DNA from: a virus
Taxonomy: Duplodnaviria > Caudoviricetes
DNA: 25,692 bases
Virus record (IMG/VR): IMGVR_UViG_3300006641_000160
Location: 1-25,692 of that record
Strand: one strand, 5' to 3'
In this document: positions 9,297-18,544 of the stretch, one piece after another
Layout: every line of letters starts with the position of its first letter
How positions within the stretch are numbered: position 1 is the first letter of the stretch
Program-made: the position numbers and the translations under genes
Notes under the pieces: model-generated
Database searches by the model: none
Seen by the model: only the letters and a program-made list of their open reading frames with translations
Told to the model about the DNA's origin: nothing

Positions 9297-12200
9297 ATGG
9301 GATACATGGCAGGATACAATTACGATGTCTCCAATCTAGACAGCAATTTTTACAAAAAGTTGTCTGCTGCTTCTTCTGTACCTGCTATTTACGAAACCAT
9401 AGAACTGAATGGAACCTCCTCAGCAAATGTACAGATACAGGACGCTCTGAACAAATTAAATGATCTGTTTATTGATGATTCTGTGAGTATTGTCCTACAA
9501 TTTGAGGGAATAAGTGGTTCTACTTCTGATGCCACTGTATCTCCCACCTATCACAAATTCGATAATCCTGTTTTTATAGATCACCCCGTATCAGACAGAT
9601 TAGTCATTCAAGGAATTCCTCCAAGCGATCACTCGGTACTTGGGGTTTCTTACTATGATGCCGTCAATCGTGGATTGATTACAGGATCATCCTTTGCCAA
9701 TGCCGCTACAGCCGCAGCCGAAGGATATTATGCCCAACTGATAATCAGCAACGGAAGTAGCCTAAAAATTGGAGAATATCTTGCGGTATATGATAATAGG
9801 CATCAGAAGTATCTTAATCCTTCATATTTCAAATTTACAGATACTGTAAACGGTCGTGAATTTGCCACACCATATCCAGTTACGGCAGAAAAGTTAAGGG
9901 CAGCATTGATACAGGGTGTTCACAAAATTGTGGACAAAATTGATTTTGCCGGTAGATCTGGAGGTGTAGCAGGCAGCACCGCAAATCCCGCAAACAAAGT
10001 GGATTTTGTCACGGTTCATATTAAGAACCCAAATCCCACTTACGAAATCGGACTACGGTCTTACGGGATAACCTTTGCCCGTCGTGCCTTCCTTTCTCCA
10101 CAAGGAATAGTTGGCAGATACGAACAAGGCTACGGTTCTAGCGCAGTTCTAAATGATCCACTGTTTTTCAGCGGCATGACTTCTGGTGCTACAGGGGAAG
10201 AGATCACTCTGCCGGGATATCGTTCCTCCGCAGATTATTCTTATGGTGTCAGTGGTTCTATAGCAGGAACAAGATTCTTGGCCGAAATTGCCACAGGAGG
10301 AACGAGCGGAATAGGTAGAAACGACTTTGGGTTCACTCCAACAGACAAACAAGGAAATGTTGTCGGTACTGATTGGGAAACCTATGACAGATTGGCAATC
10401 GCAGGAGCGTGCTTGTCTAATCCTATTCAAAACTATCGTGATTCCAATGACTACCGTGCGAAGGGCTATAAAACAATTATTGAATGTGAGAGCGATGGAT
10501 TCGTGATCGCCAATGATACCAAACCACCAGAACTGAAAAACATACTCCTCCTTTCCAAGACAGGTAAGGGACACGGCATTCGGGTGGACAACAGTTCTTC
10601 TGTAAACCTTCGCCAAATTGCCGTGGTAGGGTTTACTGGTGGAGCAGGAGTTTTTGCTAATAATAGATCTACAGTTACAGTATTGGCAGACAAGTTCTCA
10701 GATCCTGAAGTATTCCGTGAAATGGGTGCTTTCTCTTGCTGTAACTACACAGGCTTTGAAAGCCGAAACCATTCCAATATTAATGCCTCCCGAACTGTGG
10801 CGGCGGGGAATCGGTTTGCGAATTACTACTCCGCCGAAAACTCGTATATTAATGCGTATGCCGTTGTTTCCCTTTCATCCAAGAAATACGGAATCGTCGC
10901 CGTAGGGAAGAGTTTCATTAATGCCGATTCCGCTTTCTCTTGCTTCAACGGCTCAGACGGGTTCTTCTCTTCTAATGGAAGTCTTCTGACCATAAACAGT
11001 GGACGGGCTTGCTACAATTACGGAAATGGAATACATGCGTTTTCTTCGGGAGAAATACGATCATTTGATGTCATTGCCTCTTCCAATATCAAAGACGGTA
11101 TTGTGGCAAATGACATGTCCACAATAATCTGCGGTGATTCTTCCAAAGAACCCATAGAGTGGGATATTAAATTCGGATATGACTATAGAACACCGTACTA
11201 CAACTTTGAAAATCCCACCAATATATCCCAATCCCGATTCAATGGAATATCGGGTCTTGCTGCCTCCACAGATTCATTCATCAATGCTTCATTCTTCGAG
11301 GCTTATGACAATTCACGGCTCGGTGGCGAGTGGGGCAAGTTGCGTGATGTGGCCTGCGTGTATTCCCCGACCGTGGGATATTGCTACGGTGCGAGCGGTT
11401 CAGGCTCTTCGGCGGGAAGCCGGTGCGATGCTGCTTATGCGTATTGTGATGATGCTGTTTATTCCTCTCTTCCTGATCCTCCTAATTCAGTTAATATGAA
11501 TGATCCATTGAATGATAAAACTCCAACATCAGGATCGCTCTGTATTCCTTATGCTGATTCCACAGGACTGACGGCTCAAGTACCAGTTTCGAAAAAGCGA
11601 TATGCGGCACTAGTTGGAAAACTTACAACTTTATATGGGGGGGCAGATGGAGTTACTCTTGGTCGAATACTTGCTTGTAAGGGTTATTTCCCAGGGTGTT
11701 TGCTCATAGGTCAAGGTTTCGACAATGGAGCAGATCCCGGAATGGCGAGCAGTTCTGTCCCTAGTGGATATTCCATATGCGATCCTACGGCAAATATTAC
11801 ACAAATACTTGAAGGCTCCACAGGAACCGTGGACGAGTCTTTCATTGTGGCAAATGAAATTTTGGCTTGTACCGCAGACACAAATACCGTTCTTCAGAAT
11901 ACGATCTGTATAACCAGTACTAATACCGCCGCCTTTAATACTCCACAAAGACCCCTAACCCTTGTTCTTCCCAATTACGATGTGGAAATCCGTGATTCTT
12001 CCAAGATTGCCCTCGCAGGAAGAATTGCCAACTTTGGTTACTACGACCCCCGCTCGGGCGTGCGGATACAGCCTGTATATAAGGGAACAGATCTAAATAT
12101 TAAACCAGGCACTCTTGTGGGCTACGCAGGAAACAAGAACGGAAGTGAACTGGTCATCACAGACCAAACACTTCTTGAAGGCGGTGCTCTAGCCAATCAA

Positions 12201-12476
12201 GGGACTGGCACACGAAGCACCCTTCGTAATATTCGGTATTCGTCCGAAGACTTCTTGGCAGCAGCGGAATTGTATGATCCTGTTCCACAACTAGGATACA
12301 TAAACACGGAACCGTATCAGTTGAATCTTGGCAAGGTTGATCCAGAAACAGGAGCCTTGACTAGTTCCATCGGCATCACAGCCGCATCAGTTTTGGTTTC
12401 AAACACTTCGTCTACTCCACAACAAACAATGGGAGTGAATGATGCTGAGGCAGGAACTGGCTATCCAACCTATTGA
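9297..12476 (+). CDS. Right-handed beta-helix (pectin-lyase-like) tailspike/fibre protein A (1059 aa)
   Basis: About 22-residue repeats N..G[FI].A...S.I.A with Asn/Cys/Ser ladders (about 10450-11330). Paralogous to the next gene. RBS GGAG. Confidence 0.65.
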   Translation: MGYMAGYNYDVSNLDSNFYKKLSAASSVPAIYETIELNGTSSANVQIQDALNKLNDLFIDDSVSIVLQFEGISGSTSDATVSPTYHKFDNPVFIDHPVSDRLVIQGIPPSDHSVLGVSYYDAVNRGLITGSSFANAATAAAEGYYAQLIISNGSSLKIGEYLAVYDNRHQKYLNPSYFKFTDTVNGREFATPYPVTAEKLRAALIQGVHKIVDKIDFAGRSGGVAGSTANPANKVDFVTVHIKNPNPTYEIGLRSYGITFARRAFLSPQGIVGRYEQGYGSSAVLNDPLFFSGMTSGATGEEITLPGYRSSADYSYGVSGSIAGTRFLAEIATGGTSGIGRNDFGFTPTDKQGNVVGTDWETYDRLAIAGACLSNPIQNYRDSNDYRAKGYKTIIECESDGFVIANDTKPPELKNILLLSKTGKGHGIRVDNSSSVNLRQIAVVGFTGGAGVFANNRSTVTVLADKFSDPEVFREMGAFSCCNYTGFESRNHSNINASRTVAAGNRFANYYSAENSYINAYAVVSLSSKKYGIVAVGKSFINADSAFSCFNGSDGFFSSNGSLLTINSGRACYNYGNGIHAFSSGEIRSFDVIASSNIKDGIVANDMSTIICGDSSKEPIEWDIKFGYDYRTPYYNFENPTNISQSRFNGISGLAASTDSFINASFFEAYDNSRLGGEWGKLRDVACVYSPTVGYCYGASGSGSSAGSRCDAAYAYCDDAVYSSLPDPPNSVNMNDPLNDKTPTSGSLCIPYADSTGLTAQVPVSKKRYAALVGKLTTLYGGADGVTLGRILACKGYFPGCLLIGQGFDNGADPGMASSSVPSGYSICDPTANITQILEGSTGTVDESFIVANEILACTADTNTVLQNTICITSTNTAAFNTPQRPLTLVLPNYDVEIRDSSKIALAGRIANFGYYDPRSGVRIQPVYKGTDLNIKPGTLVGYAGNKNGSELVITDQTLLEGGALANQGTGTRSTLRNIRYSSEDFLAAAELYDPVPQLGYINTEPYQLNLGKVDPETGALTSSIGITAASVLVSNTSSTPQQTMGVNDAEAGTGYPTY

Positions 12477-12487
12477 CGGAGTAAACC

Positions 12488-15400
12488 ATGTCCAAGAATC
12501 TCCAGTTTCTAGATGATCCTGATGATGTTCCGTATATCAACGAAAGCATCACTCTACATGTTGGCATAGATGGCAGCGATGAAGAAAACAGCGGAGCCGC
12601 AGATGCTCCCTTTCGCACGCTCGGAAAAGCCGTTGATGTGGTTCGGAACAAGATTATAGGTAAAGATAATTTTGTCACCATACAACTTGGTGCGGTGCGG
12701 ACAGACAGAACAGGATATAAGCCAAAAAAGTATTTTGAAGAAGAAAAGGTCAAGATAGATTTTGAATCGGCCAAGCGCATAAAAATCAAGGGAGTGAAGC
12801 CTACAGACCATGAAGTTGTTGGCATCAGTTATTTTGACAAAGCCCAAGACCGTGACGGCTACTATTGCCAAGTTCTAGTGACGAATCAAGACAAAATCAA
12901 CATTGGCGATTACATCGGAATATATGACCATATAAACGCCAAAAAGAAAGATCCGTCCTACTTCTGGGTGCGGTCAAATACATTCACTTCTTACTTAAGA
13001 ATGATTAATCCCAATAATTGCTATGCGGAAGTAATTAGGGGAGACATGATTTTGGGGGTTCACGAAGTTGTGGATGTTGGTCCGACCGTGAAGACAGCAT
13101 TACCAACAGAACTGTTCGCACCGCAGGGTTTGGAAATTGGTGTTGTGACTCTTCATGTGAAAAACAACAACCACACCTATAAAAGGTTGAACGAAGTTCC
13201 GTTCTATAGCGGTATTGGAACCAAAAATAGCGAGCAAATACTCCGATACGGAACCTTGCCAGGATACTCTCCTGAAGACAGCAAACTGTCCATTCCAATA
13301 CCCCCGATATTCTACGGAGCGGAAATGCTGTCCCGACCGGACGATTTGCTCTCTAAAGAGTATGAACAGTTTTATTACTCTGGTGGTGTTCAGATGATAG
13401 AAATCGTGGACATCATGGTTCGTGGATATGGCCTAAGCCTGTCTCCTCTTGACGGAAAGATTTATGACGACAGACCAGGACGAAAGGGTTTCGCAAAGGA
13501 TGCCACATTGTTGTGGAACGACCCCACACTTACACGGCACTATCGTGTTCTTGTGGCAAATAAAATAGCCACTTATTTCTACAAGAAAATGATAAACGAT
13601 CTGCGATTGGATGCTGATTTGCCTTTCTACTTCGGCAAGTCCACAGACCCCACAATTACCGTGAAAGAACTCCTCGTTGCCGCAAAAAAGATCAGGGACT
13701 TTTTGCTGTCTGGAGCCAAAAATATCGAAGGGGTTCCTGTTTGGGATGAGAAGAATCACCCTGGATACGGCTACGGTCCATTCGATACAGGTGTCTACGG
13801 TTCTCCACTAAACAATCCTGGTCAGATAGACAAAACTTCATACCCCCGTGAGTATGCGGACGAGAACAAACTGTCTCTTTTGCTACAGTCTTACAATCTG
13901 TATCCTCCTATCAATGGACAGATGTATGGGCCTACTTTAGTTAAACGAATAACCAGATGGTATAATGAAATTGATTCCCTGAACGGACTTCAGTTGGAAC
14001 GGTGGACCGCCAAGGGTTACGACAGCCCGTTCTTCTGTGGGTATATTACACCACAAGGATGGTTTAAAAAGCGTTGGTTGACCGACAATGAAGGCTACGG
14101 GGGAAACAGCGGGAATGATATTACAACTTTGGAAAGAGTGGAGTCTGAGGGAATACCGTCGTCCGATGGACTGACCCACGGATATTGGGAAGTTTTTGGT
14201 GGAACAAAACCCATCTATGCGGGCAACCCGTCAACAAGTTTCAACTCTGTTGGGAACGGAACTGTGGGAGCCTACTCCAACGACAAGAATGTTCCTAAAA
14301 ACCTGTCCATCATAGACGAAAGCAGTTTCAATTATGCTTATGCTGGAGTGACTAATGGAGGATGGAGTGGAAACACAGGACCACTGTATCGCATAGGCAC
14401 TATGGGAAGTGCGTGGTATACAGGCACTGTTAATTCTATTGGCAGTATTGCTGGTGGTGTTGGGCCTGGTCTTTTGGGTGGAGTCATATTCGATCAGTAT
14501 TCCTTGGGATATTCCAAGGGAGCGGTCGGAGCAACAAATGATTCTATCAACGATAAAACCACTCCAATTGTAAGTGGAGTCAACGAAACGGAATTAGACC
14601 TGTTACACTCCACACAGACCACAATATTGCGTGCGAAATGCTACAAAACTGTAGTAAGATTCGGAAAAGACGGAATCTGTGTCGATGGAAAAACTAAATT
14701 GGGATTCCTGAAAGACCTGTGCCTTGTTGGATTAAGCACACAAAATCAAACCCCCACTTATGGATTGCTTTCAGATCAAGAGTCTGTAGTAACAGCATCC
14801 AATATTGCCGTGGCTGGATTTAATTACGGAATTTCCGCAAAAAATCAGTCGCTGATAAATCTTCTTGCCGATCTTGGGGACTCCGCAATCGTGACTTCTG
14901 TTATAGATCCTGGAGCAATATGCTCTGCTAATGGAATTGGTATAATCAGTACAAACAAGTCTCATATAAATGCCAGACGAACTGTGGTAAGTGGATCCAG
15001 ACTAGCGAATTATTTCACGGGTGTCAATTCCTCTTTGGATTGTTCCAATTCCGTGTCCGTGTGCTCGCACGGGCACGGGTACGTGTGCGACTTCAACTCG
15101 TATATGAAAGCACACAACGCTTTCTCGGAGTTTAATGGTGGAGTGGGCTTCTGTGCCTCGAACAACAGTATTCTTGTGTGCCATCGTGGTCGGTCTATAT
15201 GGAATGGTGGCGAAGGGGTTCTTGCTCAAAATAAATCGCAGATAAAAGCACTAGAGTTCATATCTCGCAGCAATGACGCAGACGGATTCTTGGCAAAAAA
15301 TAAATCTGTCATAACAGCAGGCCAAAATTCTACAGATTACTCCCAATACCGTAAAGAGTTCCTGAAAGCATCTGGAGGAGTTGGTGCTGGTACGATTTTA

Positions 15401-15742
15401 GAAGACACATATTATGGGACAGAGACTTCTCTTCCGCCTTTCATGTTCAGAGTCTTGGTAGAAGACCCCGAGGGTGGAGAAAAAGTGGTTTGGAGAGAAA
15501 CTGCGGTGGGAATAAACAACAGCCCAATACAAGGATTGAATGTTCTATACCACGAATGTAACAGTACCATCTCAGAATTCAATGCTGGTTCTGGTTTTGC
15601 CGCTGACGGTGATTCCACTATTATTGCGGATAATACCATAGCACGATACAACAGCAAACGCTATGGTGAGTTTTTCCTTTACGGTTGGTCTGGCACCCGT
15701 GGGGCATTTGCCACAGACACCTTTGTTCCAAGGGAGGGATAA
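12488..15742 (+). CDS. Right-handed beta-helix tailspike/fibre protein B (1084 aa)
   Basis: N-terminal LHVGIDGSDE.NSG..DAPFRTLGKAVD is the typical cap motif (DUF1565-like) preceding pectin-lyase beta-helices. 22-residue repeats at about 14630-15670 are collinear with protein A. RBS GGAG. Confidence 0.7.
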   Translation: MSKNLQFLDDPDDVPYINESITLHVGIDGSDEENSGAADAPFRTLGKAVDVVRNKIIGKDNFVTIQLGAVRTDRTGYKPKKYFEEEKVKIDFESAKRIKIKGVKPTDHEVVGISYFDKAQDRDGYYCQVLVTNQDKINIGDYIGIYDHINAKKKDPSYFWVRSNTFTSYLRMINPNNCYAEVIRGDMILGVHEVVDVGPTVKTALPTELFAPQGLEIGVVTLHVKNNNHTYKRLNEVPFYSGIGTKNSEQILRYGTLPGYSPEDSKLSIPIPPIFYGAEMLSRPDDLLSKEYEQFYYSGGVQMIEIVDIMVRGYGLSLSPLDGKIYDDRPGRKGFAKDATLLWNDPTLTRHYRVLVANKIATYFYKKMINDLRLDADLPFYFGKSTDPTITVKELLVAAKKIRDFLLSGAKNIEGVPVWDEKNHPGYGYGPFDTGVYGSPLNNPGQIDKTSYPREYADENKLSLLLQSYNLYPPINGQMYGPTLVKRITRWYNEIDSLNGLQLERWTAKGYDSPFFCGYITPQGWFKKRWLTDNEGYGGNSGNDITTLERVESEGIPSSDGLTHGYWEVFGGTKPIYAGNPSTSFNSVGNGTVGAYSNDKNVPKNLSIIDESSFNYAYAGVTNGGWSGNTGPLYRIGTMGSAWYTGTVNSIGSIAGGVGPGLLGGVIFDQYSLGYSKGAVGATNDSINDKTTPIVSGVNETELDLLHSTQTTILRAKCYKTVVRFGKDGICVDGKTKLGFLKDLCLVGLSTQNQTPTYGLLSDQESVVTASNIAVAGFNYGISAKNQSLINLLADLGDSAIVTSVIDPGAICSANGIGIISTNKSHINARRTVVSGSRLANYFTGVNSSLDCSNSVSVCSHGHGYVCDFNSYMKAHNAFSEFNGGVGFCASNNSILVCHRGRSIWNGGEGVLAQNKSQIKALEFISRSNDADGFLAKNKSVITAGQNSTDYSQYRKEFLKASGGVGAGTILEDTYYGTETSLPPFMFRVLVEDPEGGEKVVWRETAVGINNSPIQGLNVLYHECNSTISEFNAGSGFAADGDSTIIADNTIARYNSKRYGEFFLYGWSGTRGAFATDTFVPREG

Positions 15743-15745
15743 GTG

Positions 15746-17329
15746 ATGGGAGATCAAGGAGGAGATTTTAATGGAACTCCGGTAGACATCGACGGAATCA
15801 CCTATCAGCCCGGTAGTGAATCTGGAATCACATGGTCTACGCAATATTCTTCTGAATATGTGGGAATGTATGCCGGGGTCGGACCAGAGTTTTTCTCCAA
15901 CTTTGTTCTTCGTGATATTGGAGGCAAGACTGCGGGAATATGCGTAACTCCGTGGGATTTTAATCTTGTCCGCTGGAAAGACACAGACGGTAATCCTACC
16001 GATCGTCCCTCCGCTTATGAAAGAGATGGATTTACGGGCTGCGATTGTTCGTATCGGACATGTGATTCCCTTGTGGGTCTTGGGTTTACATTCGATCCAC
16101 AAGAAATGATGAATCAGATAGGAGGAATTTTGGTTTATGCTGGTCTGACTAATGCTAGAGACACCGTAAGCCAAAGTAATACGCTTTTGGATTTGGGCTA
16201 TGGCTTGGGTGTTGGTACTGTACGAACAGGACAACTATCTCCTGCACAAATTTCACAGTATAGAACACAAATAGCAAATCTTGAGGGAGTGGTTCTTGGG
16301 AGTCGTGAAAGCACATTGGCTAATTATGCCTTCTCCAATATATTGGGGACCGTAACGGCGGGTGTTCGGTTCAAGAATAACCTCATTTCACTACTGGCAT
16401 TTGGAAGTTCGGAATACACAATAAATCCCGTAGATTGGAATGTTGGGAGTGAAGAACCAGTCAGTTGGAATACTATATCCGAAGATATAATCCGCAGTTA
16501 TGCTAGTTCCGCAGAAATACCTGGTCTAGAAGTTGAATTTATCTACAACAACACCAACACCGAAGAATATTGTATGTGTCTCGATGCGGGGCTGTATGGA
16601 TTTGACGGACATCCTGATGTGGATCAAAGAATAGTGTCGTTTCAAAATCCAATAGAAAACGCCCAAGCCTTGAAAGACCTTGGATTCAATGGAGATCCCG
16701 CAGATTTCACCCAATTAAAAAATTTCTTCACCTTAGACCCAGAATACCTAAAAAGTAAAGGGGTTCGAGGAGTACGACCGTATCGATACGGACCTAATTG
16801 GGCTTTCGGTGGTGGTTTCTTGTCCCTGAACATTCTTGCCACGGCAGTCCCTGAGTTCAAGAATTGGGAAGCCCGAAACTCTGGAAAGATACGGATGTCT
16901 GGAACACCAAATGGAGAGCCGTATGCTTTCGGCAATCAATGGCTGGAATGGGGAGGAAGAATAGGCATTCCAGAGATTGAGTATGTGCCAGTAAATCCTG
17001 TGACTCTCGGGGGAGGCGATTTTGTGGACATGAACTTTGGCTATCGTGGTGCCCTACAAGGAAGTCTTATCTACCGTGGCCGATTGCCATCAGATGTTCT
17101 TGCGTATGAAAACAGCGATTACGAGTTTGCTTTCACCGGTATAACTTATGGGAATAGCCCGCTCGGAAACGAGGGAAACAGTAAATACTTCATAGCCCTA
17201 ACCAATATTCGTCAAGACGATGCTGTGACCAATGAAGAAGCATACGGAATAAGCGGCGACTTGGAGACTTTGGTTTTCTCACAGAGGTTCAGTGAGTCCC
17301 CACAAGACAAGACCATACATATAGCATAA
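15746..17329 (+). CDS. Hypothetical protein, probably virion-associated (about 527 aa)
   Basis: Long ORF in the structural operon. GGAGG at 15733-15737 fits ATG 15746 (GTG 15743 is the alternative start). No family recognised. Confidence 0.7.
   Translation: MGDQGGDFNGTPVDIDGITYQPGSESGITWSTQYSSEYVGMYAGVGPEFFSNFVLRDIGGKTAGICVTPWDFNLVRWKDTDGNPTDRPSAYERDGFTGCDCSYRTCDSLVGLGFTFDPQEMMNQIGGILVYAGLTNARDTVSQSNTLLDLGYGLGVGTVRTGQLSPAQISQYRTQIANLEGVVLGSRESTLANYAFSNILGTVTAGVRFKNNLISLLAFGSSEYTINPVDWNVGSEEPVSWNTISEDIIRSYASSAEIPGLEVEFIYNNTNTEEYCMCLDAGLYGFDGHPDVDQRIVSFQNPIENAQALKDLGFNGDPADFTQLKNFFTLDPEYLKSKGVRGVRPYRYGPNWAFGGGFLSLNILATAVPEFKNWEARNSGKIRMSGTPNGEPYAFGNQWLEWGGRIGIPEIEYVPVNPVTLGGGDFVDMNFGYRGALQGSLIYRGRLPSDVLAYENSDYEFAFTGITYGNSPLGNEGNSKYFIALTNIRQDDAVTNEEAYGISGDLETLVFSQRFSESPQDKTIHIA
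17314..17321 (+). promoter_or_regulatory. Candidate late promoter (CATACATA)
   Basis: Same ATACATA core as at 17750 and 22403, ending about 23 nt before the 17345 start and just ahead of the RBS AAGGAG. Confidence 0.45.
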
Positions 17330-17344
17330 AAGGAGCAATAAACC

Positions 17345-17731
17345 ATGAAAGTGAAACTATCGATACTGTTTGACGCACATCCAGCCATTGAACTCTTGGC
17401 AAAACAGTTCTTTGCCGTTTCGGAAATCGGAAAGGTTCGGAACCTTATAGACGATGTAAATGGACACTATGCCGAGATTGCCCGAAAGCAAGAAGAACTA
17501 CTTGGCCTGTATGCCAAACAGACAGAAACGGGCGATTACGAGATGGACGACGACAAAAAAGGCTTCTACGAGATGGAATTGACCCAATTCTTGGAAAAAG
17601 AAGTAGATATCCGGTGGGAACCCATGCCTATCGAAAACCTCGGGGAAAAAGTTCGTATGCCCATTCAAGGGTATAATCTACTTCAGTTCCTGTTCACACA
17701 AGCAGAACAGCCTGCTGAAACTGTGGCTTGA
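17345..17731 (+). CDS. Small acidic helical protein (128 aa), possible fibre assembly chaperone
   Basis: Strong RBS AAGGAG. E/D-rich, Gly-poor, helical pattern. Last gene of the fibre block. Function inferred from position only. Confidence 0.7.
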   Translation: MKVKLSILFDAHPAIELLAKQFFAVSEIGKVRNLIDDVNGHYAEIARKQEELLGLYAKQTETGDYEMDDDKKGFYEMELTQFLEKEVDIRWEPMPIENLGEKVRMPIQGYNLLQFLFTQAEQPAETVA

Positions 17732-17740
17732 CTTCAGGAG

Positions 17741-17777
17741 GAACCCCCGTATACATAATAAAAGAAGAAGGGGGTTC
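17741..17777 (+). promoter_or_regulatory. Inverted repeat GAACCCCC/GGGGGTTC pairing the gp13 RBS, with late promoter TATACATA (17750-17757) in the loop
   Basis: Perfect 8-bp arms at 17741-17748 and 17770-17777 with a 21-nt loop. ATG at 17780. Confidence 0.65.
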
Positions 17778-17779
17778 TG

Positions 17780-18541
17780 ATGGCACAACCGTATTCTCGG
17801 CAATCACTAAAAGACTATTGTCTTCGGCGTTTAGGCGCTCCGGTCATCAATATTAATGTTGACGATCAGCAACTGGAAGACCGATTAGACGACACTCTAC
17901 AGATATTTTCCGAATACCATTTTGATGGTGTGGAGAGGATGTTTTTTCCGTATCAACTGACGGCAGAAGATATTGCCAACAAATATGTGGATACCGACAA
18001 ACTGAGCAAAAACATCATAACGGTTCGGCGGGTGTTTCCGTTCGGATTCGGTCTAAGCAACGTGACAAACATGTTTAGCGCCCGCTATCAGATGCACCTC
18101 CAAGACTATTTTGGTCTACGGAACGGAAATTTCAATCTTGGTTACTACGATATTGCTCAACAATATATCAACATGGTTCAGCAGATATTGGAACCAGAGA
18201 AATCATTCAACTTTAGTCGTGTCACAAATAAATTGAGTATAGACACCAGTTGGAAAGAAAATATTCAGTCTGGAATGTATCTGATGATTGAAGCGTATGT
18301 GGTTCTTAATGCCGAACAGTATCCTGAAATATTCAACGATCGTCTGCTTAAAGAATACTACACCGCTATGGTAAAGCGGCAATGGGGACAAAACTTGTCT
18401 AAGTTCTCGGGCATCCAATTGCTCGGTGGTATTCAAATGGACGGGCAGAAGATTTACGATGATGCTCAGGCACAGATAGACAAAATTGAAGAGCAACTAC
18501 AAGACAAATACGAACTACCCGCAGACTTCATGGTAGGATGA
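17780..18541 (+). CDS. gp13: Neck protein
   Basis: LKDYCLRRLGAPVININV..Q..DR..D....EYHFDG and KRQWGQNLSKFSGIQL.GG..MDG motifs. T4 synteny. Confidence 0.95.
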   Translation: MAQPYSRQSLKDYCLRRLGAPVININVDDQQLEDRLDDTLQIFSEYHFDGVERMFFPYQLTAEDIANKYVDTDKLSKNIITVRRVFPFGFGLSNVTNMFSARYQMHLQDYFGLRNGNFNLGYYDIAQQYINMVQQILEPEKSFNFSRVTNKLSIDTSWKENIQSGMYLMIEAYVVLNAEQYPEIFNDRLLKEYYTAMVKRQWGQNLSKFSGIQLLGGIQMDGQKIYDDAQAQIDKIEEQLQDKYELPADFMVG

Positions 18542-18544
18542 TAC

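Noticed and set aside
11270-11520. Invertible segment explaining the A-poor patch
   Set aside because: Only short, disordered ATTCAT/ATGAAT matches flank it. There is no convincing inverted repeat pair and no recombinase in the window.
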